DNA of 64,000 nt, from the NCBI RefSeq assembly GCF_000181795.1, contig NW_003526941.1, positions 1,831,542 through 1,895,541 on the forward strand. The letters run 5' to 3'. Numbering within the stretch: the first letter of the stretch is position 1; every line of letters begins with the position of its first letter. Source of the stretch: Trichinella spiralis. Lineage: Eukaryota. The position numbers and the translations under genes were made by a program. The notes beneath the pieces are model-generated. The model was given only the letters and a program-made list of their open reading frames with translations, had not been told where the DNA came from and did no database searches. Of this stretch, positions 40,550 through 53,720 are shown one piece after another.

Positions 40550-43500
40550 TCATCCATCTAAGTCCAACAATTTTCTTACTGATGCGGTGTTGCCAGCCGC
40601 AATAGCACTTCTGCACGCGCGAATCAGCGCACTGCGATGTTTTCCCACTGGAGAAGCAGTGAAATAAAATTAAAATTTTTACCTAATTCCAATCAATGCG
40701 TACCTTTCAGATTGGAAGCGTTTTGAATAATCCGATTAATTCGTTTCAACAGATCTGAAAGATGAGCACTGTTGCCGAGACGAACATTCTGCAAAGACAG
40801 CAAAGTATCGTTCAACGACGACAACTGCTTGTAGTGTTCTTTCATTTTATCCCTGATAAATAAGCGGCAAATAAGTCACTTGGTTGGCATTAACAAAAAA
40901 AAAGAACAGTACCAATCTTCCAAAACTCGAGAATCCTCACCGTGCAAAAGAACCGATTTAGCAATACTAATCTGCTCAGACATGTCTGCAGACAGGCGAT
41001 CTTGAACAGCGGACACTTTACTTACCTATGAAAAAATAAATATTTATGCAAGAGATTCATCTGTTGGATTTCGCGAGGAAACCTTTTTCGCTAGATCTGC
41101 ATATTTTTTCGCAGTATCGGGAAAATAAGCAGTTACTTTGAATTCCAAATCAATGTAACTAGCCAAACTTTGCATCACGGAACCACAAACTTCAATATCG
41201 TCGCAACAAATTTCCACTTTGCCATTGCCGTTCAATTTTATAAAAATCAAACACGAGATGCGCAGATTCATAAAGCGCACTGTAAATTTATCTCGACTCA
41301 GGTTTGCCTGGTCGATCAGAAAGTTCTTCATCAACCACTGACAAAGCTGAAACAAATTTCACTGCGTGATTTTCGTTCATTGTTGTGCAATGATTGACAA
41401 AAGTGAAAACGAAACCAATTCTCCTCGATCACCGATGTTGAATTCAACGCCATTCTTCGGACATGGAGCAGTATCGTTGCAAAGAGCGTACATTGAAAAT
41501 TTAGGCAGCGCTTGATTGAGATCAAATACATAGAGTTTCGAACTGAAAGATGCCAATTGTTATTAATTAAGCTAAGCGAACATCACAGCAACTGAATCAC
41601 CTTCTACTGTAACCAACCAGCGCTTTAATGTGCAAATCCGAAGCAGTATCCTTCTCCAGTCGCAGTGGAATTTCCAATTTTTCACAGCTTTCTTCTTTTG
41701 GTACAAGCAAAGCGTAAGATTCGCCAGGAAAAATACGCTCTGCGAATATTATAGCCCCCCGCAACACGGTACGGTTATTCGTGCACAGAGAAAGTTGCAA
41801 GTATGGCTGAAAAGAAAAAAAAACACTTCTTCATTCAATTTCATCTTCCTCGAAAATCCCAACATCGATACCTGCTGCTCAGTATTGTTTTTTACGACGA
41901 CCTCAAGCTTTTGCGTGACTCGTGTATCCGTCTTAAACAAAGTAGGATATATTCTCGCTATATAGTGAATGATTCTTTAAACTTGGAGAATAAAAAAAAA
42001 TGTAAAAAATACTGGAATTCTAAGTGTCGTATTATCGGAAGAAAGCTGTGATTGAGCAGCGATTTCTTTTTCTTCATAATTCTCCAATTCGACAAGCAAA
42101 TTCTAAATTATCATAATTGATCGTTAATTTAAAATTTTTAAAAGATAACCTAACTTGTCTTTCGATAGATAAATTTCGAATTGTATCCCGAACTGTGTCG
42201 ACCGGTATCAAGTTTCTTTGTCCAGAATAAGCAAAATAACCGCGCACTTAATAACTGCATGTTAACGAAAAAGAAAAAACTTTACAATTTCTGCACAAAC
42301 CTTCCCCAGAAGAAGAACAACACAACAAATAAGCACCCTCTTTTGCAGACAAACCAAATATTTCAATTCCAACTATAGCAGAGTTCATGTGATCTTTGGC
42401 CACCAGTTCTCCATTTTGACATTTGCGAAAGTCAATCTAAAATATGTGTAATTAAATTTTAAGTCATTTGCAATTATTTCCACTTCGAAAACACCTTTCC
42501 ACTGCTCCAACCAGTGACCAACTCCTGTTCATCATCCCCGTCAATGTCATACAAACATAAAAATGTTGGGTTTGCCTTAGACTACAAAACATTGTAAAGA
42601 TAACATTGAAAATAAAAATATCTAACATTTTTAAATAACTTGATTTAAACAAGTAATAAATACAAATACAGCTAAGCCTGGAATTTTAGAAAAAGTTCAA
42701 CCAATTACTTTAATTCTCCAAAGCCTACAAGCGGAAGCGTAAACGCCGAGAGTTCCATTAGCCAAAGCATATGCGAAGCGATTGCTACCAAGACTCAACA
42801 AATTAGTGACAGCCTATAATGAAAACATTTAGTTGTTTTCAAGCAAAATATTTTTAATTGTTCACTTCAGTTTCGGAAATACTGGAAACAATTTCATCTC
42901 CTTTAAAAACACGAATATCGAAATCGTCAGAACCAACGAGCAACTAAAATATTACGTATTAAACACCAAACGTATCGTCAAACGTCTGAATTTCGAACTT
43001 CAAGCTTTCCATCAGAATCAAAGTCGCAAAAGCATAATGAGCGCACGGTATCTCCTGTTACCTATGCAAAAATATTTCTCTTATCTTCAGAAACTTCAAT
43101 AATTACGAATGGAAAACAAACAATAAATTATTAGAGCCCATTTAAAATTCGGCAAACACTGTGCCTCTCATATCTATATACATATATATGAGTCTGATTA
43201 AAAATAAAACAATAGTTAAGATAAAACATACTGTCAATTTCTGATAATCAAGTAATATGTTACTTTGTCAAAAATTTAGTTTACATTTATCAGAATTAAA
43301 ATATGTTTAAATAAATTGTCATAATTATCAGAAAAATGTAAACAAAATTTCAAACTTACACTCCAAAATATTTCTTTGCCTTGCCAGTTGAAGCCTTGCA
43401 AAGCGCAGGAACCGCCACAGACGATGAGCTCTTCTTCGAAATCGCCAAAGCGGCCAATTAAAATGCTCTCCAAACCGCCTGATACCTGTTGGTTAGAAAT

Positions 43501-44019
43501 AATGAATGGAAGCAAAACTAGAAATAATTTGAACAATCTGCTAACGGATTGACATCTTTCAGTGTACAATTGAATTGTCACCTAACCTCTTTGTAAAAAA
43601 GATCGCAATTATTCTTCACATCATATACAAGTATGTGAGTAGCTGTGCCTATGACAATTGCATCGAAAGTGTCGCTGGCTTTGAGGTACCCGGTGGCAAC
43701 GATTTTTACCATACGGTTGATGTTCATCATAGCCGAAGCGTTTTGGTTGAGTCTGAACCGTGGCAACGTCGAATCATCCATGCATTCTGCGTTTTTCAAA
43801 GCTTCAATAGTGTGCAAAAACACCTAAAAAATGACTGCAATTATTGCACATAAAAATTGAACCACGAATTTAAAAAAAGCCTTGCAAACAGTGCACCTTT
43901 CCCACATTGTCCACCGCCACTAAACTACACTGGTTATCGTCAAAGTGTCCCAATGTAACAGCTTTTGGTGCAATTTTATGATTTAATTTTACAGTAAAAG
44001 CAACACCAACTGACATCAT
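40550..44019 (-). CDS. BBS2: Bardet-Biedl syndrome 2 protein (BBSome), multi-exon
   Basis: GHFD...VDNVGKV, LVYDVKNNCDLFYKEV, GGSCALQGFNWQGKEIFW, FAYALANG, IIFAERIFPGES, NLKVGKHRSALIRACR. Confidence 0.92.
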
Positions 44020-44159
44020 AAAAGGTAGCAAAGATTTAAAAACACCATTCACTGCTAAAATACAACTGTTACTGTGCTATTGGGATAATAAAGGCGTGCG
44101 TTTGTGCATGTGCGAGCCCATGTTTGTGCGTGCGCTTGCGCGCCTGAGTCAGTGCGCGT

Positions 44160-44173
44160 GTTTCCATGGAAAT
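44160..44173 (-). promoter_or_regulatory. RFX/DAF-19 X-box (ATTTCCATGGAAAC on the minus strand)
   Basis: Matches the 14-bp nematode X-box consensus RTHNYYWTRRNRAC, ~140 bp upstream of the BBS2 ATG. Confidence 0.8.
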
Positions 44174-44380
44174 TATACGCAAAAAATCAATTATTCATCA
44201 ATTGCAATCAATCTGAATTCATTCGTCTTCAGTTCCCGAAGCAAAAGCTTCATGAAACCAAAACTAGAAAAAATCACAATAATTTTATTCCTGTATTATT
44301 TGAGTCTTGAAGCAAAGTTGGACCGAGGTAAAAGATTTAAAAAAGCACATTTATTTCATCACGGCCGTTTCGTTTTTAAG

Positions 44381-45756
44381 CTACCAGTAACGGCCATCAT
44401 GAGACCAAAAATGATTTCCATTCGGCGACATATCAGCACCTGTAAAAAAACCAATAACAGACTGAAGTTAAATTTTACGTAAAAATGTATGCCAAGTTCG
44501 AAAAAGCTTTTAAAATTAAACTATCAAAATTAATATTTGTTTCTGTATTTTTTTAAGAAAAAGTTCAACTAAAAATTAAAAAAAGCAATAAACTATTCAT
44601 AAAAATAGCATAATAAATTAACAACAAGAATAACAACATTTGAAACCTTCTTCAAACTGCGCATTTTGAGCAAAAGTCGTCGCAATTTCGCAAAAATTGT
44701 CCCCATAATTTAAAGGCATGTTGACGTCGTTACCTCCAAAGTTATCACAAATCACTAGATAAACAAAGCAATTTAACACATTGCATATCTCTATTTGAAC
44801 AATCAGCTATCTTACTTGTGCCACGCTCAGTGTTGCGAAGTTGATTCGGACTAAACGCCTCATTGCATTTGTTGTTCTCTTGTTCAAACAAAGCATTGCA
44901 AATCGTATTTCTGGTTTCGTATACACTATTTTTCCATTCCTTTTTTAAAAAGATTTAAGTTCAGTTTTAAAATACAGACTATATATAACAGCTTTTTTCT
45001 TATAAACCATACTTGACTAGCAGACGCTGAATTAGCGCCGCTGATTCTTGAAGCACTGCCAAAAAAATTTTCATCAAACTTTGTTTCGACCATAGCATTT
45101 TCTTTCCAGTTATGCCTCTTTTCAGAGACTGACAAAGGTGGAAAATCATTTGGGCAGGGTGAACCTAAAATAAAAATTCATTTGAAAATACTTTCAAATT
45201 TAAAATAAAAAGCAGTTTACACAGAACATCTTTCCATGTTTTCTGATTATCTTCCCAAACGGAAGTTTTAAAAGTCCCAGTCTTTGAACAGTTCGTTTGC
45301 ACTGAGAAGGCAGCACTGTGGGATCGTGGGACTGTTGCTTGCCTGTCTAAATCCGTCATTTCGTCGACGTTCAGATTTCTCAAACGAAAATAAATACCGC
45401 CATTCCATTTATCATAATCTAATGTGCAAGTTCAATAATAGAAGAACACTAAAAAACAAGAACTTCTAATTCATAACTCACCAGATAAATTTTCAACAGA
45501 AGAACTGTCTGAAAGGTGGCTGTCTGACTTGTTCTCAAATTTTCCATCGAAAGCAAACCGCTTTCCCTCAGTTGAAACACCAGTTTCCACCGGCTCAGCT
45601 TCTGAACTGAAAGCTCCTTGTGACGGAGATGTGGCATCCGACACCAAAAACACCCCATTTGCCATTTTAAAGCTAATATATGGCTGCTGGCATGGAATGT
45701 GAATGACTGGGGGTTGATTTTCAAAATCTAAACAACAAATAGTAGTTTATGTAGCG

Positions 45757-45803
<47 letters not shown>

Positions 45804-48041
45804 GCCACCTTTGTTCCTGTCCTCTGTTTCACATTCTGCATCAAAATTTGACTGCTGCCCGCCAAATAAGTTCTTCAACTGACTTTCACGGACATTATAC
45901 CACGCATTTTCCACAAGCTCGACGTTATCATTATTTTTGTCTCGCAGTTTCCTCATCTCTGACGCTTGCCATTTTCTTAAATTACAAAAATTTTAAAACA
46001 AAACATTCACTTCAAAATAACTTTAAACCTTCCAAGCGGTGAACAATCATTCTTCTCCAGTTTGTTTTTGGCAACGACAGAGTTTTCATCGTTTTGACAA
46101 TCCCCGAAAATGGGATTTCGTGTTTCCCCGTCTATCTTGCCCCACGCTGTTCCGTTCTTTTTGCTTATAGGAAACGTCGACGGTGGTTCCTTTTTAAAAG
46201 TTGTCGTATGCAACTGCAGCTTCATAGTGTGTGCAGCTCTGATTTGAAACCGTATTAGCATATTATTTCAATTTCAGTGTATATTTACAATTAAATAATC
46301 AATTACTTGTGCTTTATGTAATCGTCGACCAGCTTTTTTTGAAGCACGATGTGCTTTCCTTTCTCCATATCCGCTTTAGTGAAGGTTGCTTCGTCAGGAA
46401 CAACACTGTGCATAAAATGGCACTCCTAAAATTTCAAATACTTCAGCATTAATTCAGAAACAACAACGTAAAAATAACATCTGTAAAAAGAATTATCAAT
46501 GTAAAACATATTTTGTCGAATAATTAAAAACTGCAGTTTTTGTCAAAGGAAAATTATAGCACAAATTCCTTCTCATTAACAAAGATTACAGTTTCAGAAT
46601 TCCATTCTCCTAAAACAAAATGCATATAAAGTTTTGTAAAAATATCGATATACTCTTTATGAATTTTTCATATTAAAAAAATAAATTTTAAAACATGAAA
46701 TCTAGTGCAAAAATTAAAATATAAAAGTGATATCCAGCAACATTAGCCTACTTCGTTGACAGATTAAACAAATAATCTATTCTCCTTAAACTGAAACTGA
46801 ATTAAATTAAAACAAACGGCGGATGCCTAATCCCTGAAGAGATTGAAAAAATTCAAATGTGGGCCATTGTATTGGTATTCATTGCAAGATCATTGTAATG
46901 TAATCAAGGAATCACCAAATGATGATTCATTGTAATAAAATGTTCTTTTTCAAAAATTACCAGTCCAACAACATGCATTCAATTCGATGATTCAGATAAA
47001 AAACTAACAGTCCTGGCTATTTTTCTACTTAAAATATAAATTGTGCAGAGCTACCTTTCCAACGTGCAATCGGAAGTTGAAAATCATTAAAAAGCGCATA
47101 AGCTGCAATGTGCATAAGAATGACTAAAGCATTTATTTAACAGTTTCAATTTGATAGTAAACTCTAAGCAAACTGGTAGAAAACTGATTGAAAGGTTTAA
47201 AAGGATCGATCACAGAAAAAGTAATCAATGACTCACCTTATTTTTGCAGATGGAATTTTTCAGAAAAAATGCACAGTATTTAGTTGTTCCCAAAAAAGCT
47301 CTCGCAGTTTGGCCTACGAAATTTTTTTTGCCAAATTCTGCCACAGCTTGCATAGCATCTTCGCTACGTTGAAATGTTATATACGCTGTTGGTGTTTTAC
47401 CCTTAAACCGAGAAAAAGAAAAATTAGATAAACACTAAAAATAAATTTCACAAACAGAGAGGAGACGGACCTTTTTGTTCATCAAAATACGGATTATTTT
47501 TCCAAATCTTCCAAAATATTCGTCACTTCGGAGTGTATCTGGATCCGCAATTTCAAGTGGCAAACCATAAACAGAAACTAAGTTGTTCTGAAGCACCCTA
47601 CAATAAATGAGTTGGATAGAAATGACAAAGTTGAACATCGAACAAAGAGTTAATTACCGCAAATCAGCCAAATTGCGACGAGATTTCGTACTTCCAGAAC
47701 GAGTTTTAGCTTGTTCACTTTCTGTAAAATCATCAAGAAGCACCTCGTCGCACTCACGAATGATGCCAATATTAGCATGACAACCAGGACAGCAGCCCGT
47801 CTGATTAACCGAACGAGTTAAGCAGTAACCGCAAATCTAAACAAAACTTTTATCAATTAAAATTAATGTTAGAAAAATTAAAATTTCAAACAAAAACTTA
47901 CATTTAATTTGCAGCCGCAGGTCAAAATAAGCGGTTCTTCGCTTTTAACTAATTCATCACAAAGATTACACTGAACAAAAGTTGAATTAATAAAATGTAT
48001 AATAAAATGTAAAAATCCACGATATTTACCTTCAGCGACAT
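44381..48041 (-). CDS. CNOT4: CNOT4/NOT4-like protein (C4C4 RING, RRM, CCCH zinc finger, low-complexity tail)
   Basis: CNLC..CGC..CGYC..CPGC; RVLQNNLVSVYGL, EYFGRFGKI, AYITF, LGTTKYC, ECHFMH. C-terminal exons approximate. Confidence 0.85.
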
Positions 48042-49225
48042 CTTCGACAACAAGTAAGACAGCTTTAAACCACTGGACAGCAAAGCAACTGATCAGATAT
48101 CCAAAAGAGATTAACAAATTCATACAGTAATTAAAGATAAGTAGGAACAATAAGAAAACATTCCACTTTATAAAACTGACTTTTTGCGTTAATATTAACG
48201 TCATATTTAAAGAAATTTCATTAATTCTAACATTTCAAATTTGAAGAAGTGAATTTAATAATTAAGAATAAGTTTTGATACCAATAAAATATGAACGCTA
48301 TTTATATTCAGTGAACATTTGCAAATAACATTTCGTTTAATATTGTAAAATACAGATTTTTTGAAAAATAACAGGTATGCTTCAAAATCATAACTCAATA
48401 TTCAAACTCACCAATATATCATGAATATCAAGTTGCATCTAGTACAGTTATAAAAAAAAGCAGGTTCCATCTGGATTACATAATTTTCAAATTCCACGCC
48501 ATGTGCACAGCAGCATAGTCTAAGATATCGCCATGGAATACAGGAAATAAATAACTAACATTTTAACAAAAGTAATAAAATCATGAAATTATAATCTAAT
48601 TTCATTTCGCTTATTTTAATAAAATAACATACCAACCTGCGTTTCATCCTACAGGTAATTGTTATTAGGGGACCAGCAATTTTTTCATAACCTGATCGTG
48701 CTACTGAAACACTTAATTAATGATTCCTGATAATTTTTAATTTAACTACTTTCACCATATAACAGAATATAAATAATCACGGCAAAATACACAACGTTAA
48801 AGTCATCTTACTTTAAGATAGAAGATGAAACGTTATTTGTAACAATTAACACGAATGTTCGCGTTGTATTTGAAATGCCACTCGAGATGTGAAATGTTTA
48901 CTGCCTTGTTGAAGCACTGCTATTGAGTTGTACACAGATGTAAAATAAGCAACTGTAATAACATTTTGTAATAATTTCATTTTGCAAATTTTGTAAAGCA
49001 TATGGAGGCTAGAAAAATTAAAAAGATATTTAGCCGATGAATAAAGTAAAACGTCAACAATGAAACAAACAACAAACAGTACAACTTTGAATGTTAATAA
49101 ATAACAGTAAGCGTATGAAATTACCATACAACATTTCATCCAACATCATTTCACAACAGCACAGCTTCGAAAATGGTTTAAAACCATTGAGATCCATAAG
49201 CAAATTTATATAAGCGATTTACGTT

Positions 49226-52187
49226 TCACCTTGAGGTAGTCCATAGCCAAGCGCAAATCGTATCCCAGTTCTTGTTCAAGTAAATGATAAAAATTACAAA
49301 AGTGGTAGTCGTAATGAGTCGAGTTCTATATGAAAATCGATTATTTAGTTAATTTCTTTATTCTAAAATAAAATGTATGGAATAAAAATACCTGCTCTTT
49401 ATAAATGGTACAACAATATTCCACAGAGTGACCAAAAGCATGATCAAAATTTGAAGAAAAAGAAGAAGTGCTCTGATTGCTTGACCACCTGCACTGCTGT
49501 CTGATAAGTTTTCCAAACCAACAGCTTGTTGAAGTTCCTTAGTTGACTTTTCCAAAAATTCAACCTTAAATATTTTAGCCAAATTACATTAATAATAAAC
49601 GATTAAATTCGATTAAATTGAAATATAACTGTGTGTCTCATTTAAGAAAAATAAAAATAGAAACAACTAAATACCTTGGCTTGCATCTGGCCAATCAAAT
49701 CCTGTATATCTTGAATTTGATCCCGAAATTGATACTGCAAACGACCTTCGATCATTTGAACTTCTTCTTTCAAATTGGAAATTTCTGCCTGGTGTAATTC
49801 AACCATATCGTTCATCAGATCTTCTAAGTGCTGAAATTACAATGAATTTTAAGTAGCACTAATATAGTTATGTTTAAGCAAGAAGTAATTATAAACAAAA
49901 TTACTACTCAATAATATTGTTGCCAGAAAATTTTATACCAAAAACACAATTTTACTACTTTGTTTCCAAATATTAGAATCTAATTAATGCAATTTTACAA
50001 TTACTGAAATCAATCCAAAAATAAATAAACCTGGTAGCGATATTTCTCTTCGTGCAACGCACCATGAAAGAAATTATATTCCTGCTGTATTTGTGCCTAA
50101 AAAAATACCATTTATTGACAAATATTTCAAATTTCTATTTAATACAGCATACTTTAAGCCGATCAATTTCGCGAGACAGAGATGTAACCGCATTTTGTAA
50201 AGCGCGAACCTCTTCAAAAAAAGGATCCAAATCATCTGGATCTTCAAATCCACGAGAAACACCTTGTATGGGTGACGAGAGCTCGCTTTGATCTTCATCT
50301 TTTGAAGAGCTAACAATGCATATATTTATTCGAATTGCTATTTCACACACATAAAAATTATAGCAGACTTTTCAAATAACGTTACAACTCCAGTATATAA
50401 TTTGAAAATTTAAATCTTCGCATAAAATTATAATTTTAATAATGAAAGCTCAAAGAAAGGCATCAAATTAAATTATGCAGTGTCATTTAAAATTAACTAT
50501 CCAATAAATACACAAAAATATTTACAAATAATTTCACCAGTACACCTAAGTAAGTTCAGCATTGATTCCAGACATACCTCTCAACATCTTCTGAGTGTAA
50601 TGGAAAATAAAATGCTGAACTGTCCTCTTCTTTTGCACCAGATTGAATCGATCCTATGGCAGGTTTATGCTTGTCTTAAAAGTAACATAAAGCTCATAAG
50701 AGTTCATATTTAATTCAAACAATTTCAAAAATAACACTTAGAAAATGAAAAATCAAACTTACAAATAAGAATACAAACCTGCAGTTGAAGAAAGAGCAAT
50801 GCTGTCTGCACTACCAGATTTTGATTTCAATAATCGACGGGTCAAATCTTTTGGAGCATTTATCACAGAACTAAAAACAGTCACTTCCAAATTAAACACA
50901 CTATAATTCATTTAAAAGCAATTTGAACTTCAAACCGTGATCAATTTTATTACTACTGACATGCTTGTTTTACAACTTACATTTAAATTGATTTACTGAG
51001 CTAATAATATTCACCACTACTATATCTAATACTAGTTTAAATCATTTACGATGTCCACAAAAATAAAAGATAAAAAAAAGCGCGTTACCCAGTATATTCA
51101 GACAAACTTTCTTTAATGTTCACTCCAACATCCCTGTAAAAAATACAATTACACTTGTTCAGTATAAATAAAAATAAAGCCTACTTCAGCCCTTGACCAA
51201 CATTGGTAAGAACGGTTTCTGTAATCCCTCGACGCATTGATCCCGTTTCACTCAACTTGGTCAACTGATTTTGATATACAAATAATTTTTTCTGAAATTC
51301 ATCGAAACAGTTACATCGGAACAAATTAAAAATTATTTAAAATAAACTCAACGATAAATATTTATTCAGAACTTCTTTCAATATAATGCTATTTAAAAAA
51401 ATGCTTGCAGTATGCATTTGAAAGTGAATTCAACTGTAAGCAGAAGTTTATAATTTAACTTTAATTACTTTTCCCAGCACTGTTTTCCTTTATGCAACAT
51501 AAAAATTTGAAATTTCAAGATAAATCTACAAGAAATCAACACTCGTTAAAATTTCAGTAAAACTGTTCAAATATTCATTAAAAATACTAAAATAAACCTC
51601 AAAAAGCTTCAGACAAATAAAAGCATTTATCGTCAGTTAATGCCAGCAAGCGTTCTGCTTTCTGGCTGATTCAGCGTTGATACTTTTCATTACAACTTCA
51701 ACATCAATCATGCTGTACGTAAATAATCACACGTTTTGTCATATGGCAAATATTCTCTATATGACAAAATTGATTAAAAATAACTAATATTCTGTTCTGT
51801 TCAAATTTTATACTTTCACCAAAATCTCTGTAATTCAGTAAACACTAAACAAATTTACCTGCAGAGAATTGATCAATTGAGTAGTTTTTCGATTTTTCCG
51901 ATTGAACAAAACTCGTATCCTCAAAAGTTGTGGATTATCACTTTCATGATCGTGCAGTTTTCCAGAAACTCGTAGGAATTCATCAACATCAGCTACAATT
52001 AAAAAACCAACGTACAAAGTCAGTTTGCAAAAATTTCAAAACAAGTACCCTCCTTCGTTTTCATGGCGGCTTTAATTTTCACACCGATATCCTCAATTTT
52101 TTTAATTAGTCTATCTTTATTTTCATTTATTTCAGCCAAATGCGACGGAACAGGGGACTGATTATCCATTTGCATAAACAAACTCAT
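49226..52187 (-). CDS. Transmembrane and coiled-coil domain protein (TMCC/TEX28 family)
   Basis: DVDEFLRV...RIRVLFNRKNRKTTQLINSLQ|KKL coiled coil and two C-terminal TM helices (LLLFLQILIMLLVTLWNIVVPF; LITTTTFVIFIIYL). Confidence 0.85.
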
Positions 52188-53493
52188 TGAATTTTCATCA
52201 GTCTGAAAAAATATTTTAATTCTGTAATCAAAATCAATTTCAAAAAATACAACATACACATAAATGTACATCGAACAGAAACACAGAAATTCAGTTTAAT
52301 TTTCAATTTGAAAATGGATTGTTTTGGGGATAAATTGTATCCATTGCTATCACACTATTATTAAGTAGATCAATAGCATTCAAAATTAATAAACCAACCA
52401 ATCCAACAAACAAATAAAAATAAAGCACCTTTACAATTTTGAAAAAATGCTTCAGCACTTTGTCAATTATACTTTCCATTCAAAAATTTAATATTAAAAG
52501 TCCTATTAAAACATAAAAGTTAAAAAAAGTTTGTCAAAATTAAATTCAAATGCACTTAAGGCCGGTTAAATTATTTCTGCGTGTTCTGCATCATCCAGTA
52601 AAATCACATCATCCAACAACTCTTTTCTATTGCAAAAATATGTCATATAAAATATAATATAAAATTTTTTGATGTAATTTAATTTCTTTCTTTAAAAAAA
52701 CAATTTATCTAACTCTAGGATTAGTAATCGACAAAGAAACAGCTAATCAGCAAACAAGCAAACCACATTGATTACTATCATCTTAACGAAAACACTTAGC
52801 GCTAAAGTTGTGCGTGACATTAGTTTAAAATAAAATCACATTGGAAACATAGTTATTGAAAATAATTCGTTAAGTTATTCATTACGATTTTTATCTTACC
52901 CAATAATTATTTCCTATCTTAATAATTCATCGACAATTAAAAATGTTATTCAAAGTACAGTAAGTCGACTTTTAAAGTTTACTGTAATTTCATTCAGAAG
53001 GTTCAACAATTTTCGAATTTCATTAAATGAAACTGAGACATTGCTAAAATCTTAATTAATTAAAAAATTAATTCATTTTATAGTAAAAAGTTAAAAATAC
53101 CTGTTACAGTATAATAATTTCAATCTTTCAAAATTGAAGCAAAAAGTTATACAAAGCTAGGCATCATTAGAAATATTTAAATGAATTATTTCCTCAGTAT
53201 GACTTTACATTACTGATGGATGTTATCAGCAATAATAAAACTTGACGCAAAATGAAAATTTTGTGTATTTCATCAAAATTAAGACTTTTGTTGAAATTTG
53301 TTCACTCGCATTGCCAATCAATTGTCAAAATTTGTCACTCAAAGGTGAACTGTGTCGCTGTCAATTCATAACATACACACCACACATATATATACGGATG
53401 TAATATCATAACACATATAAAGCAACAGAACATCTGTTAACGAAAAAACTCGATCGGCTGAGCGCTAGTGGACTGCATTATCATTCACGCGGG

Positions 53494-53495
<2 letters not shown>

Positions 53496-53577
<82 letters not shown>

Positions 53578-53584
53578 TATTATT
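53496..53584. repeat. (ATT)n microsatellite
   Basis: About 25 near-perfect triplets. Confidence 0.97.
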
Positions 53585-53720
53585 CACTTATTGTTCAATC
53601 GTTTATTTCAAATTTTTTATAAAACACATCATTCTAAATAATCCGCTCATATGTGAACTTTTATAAAATATTGTGAAAAGGCAAAAAAAATTCCACATAA
53701 GATATCAATGACCATGGATA

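Noticed and set aside
51630..51715. C/D-like boxes in a TMCC intron
   Set aside because: Non-canonical C box and no identifiable guide
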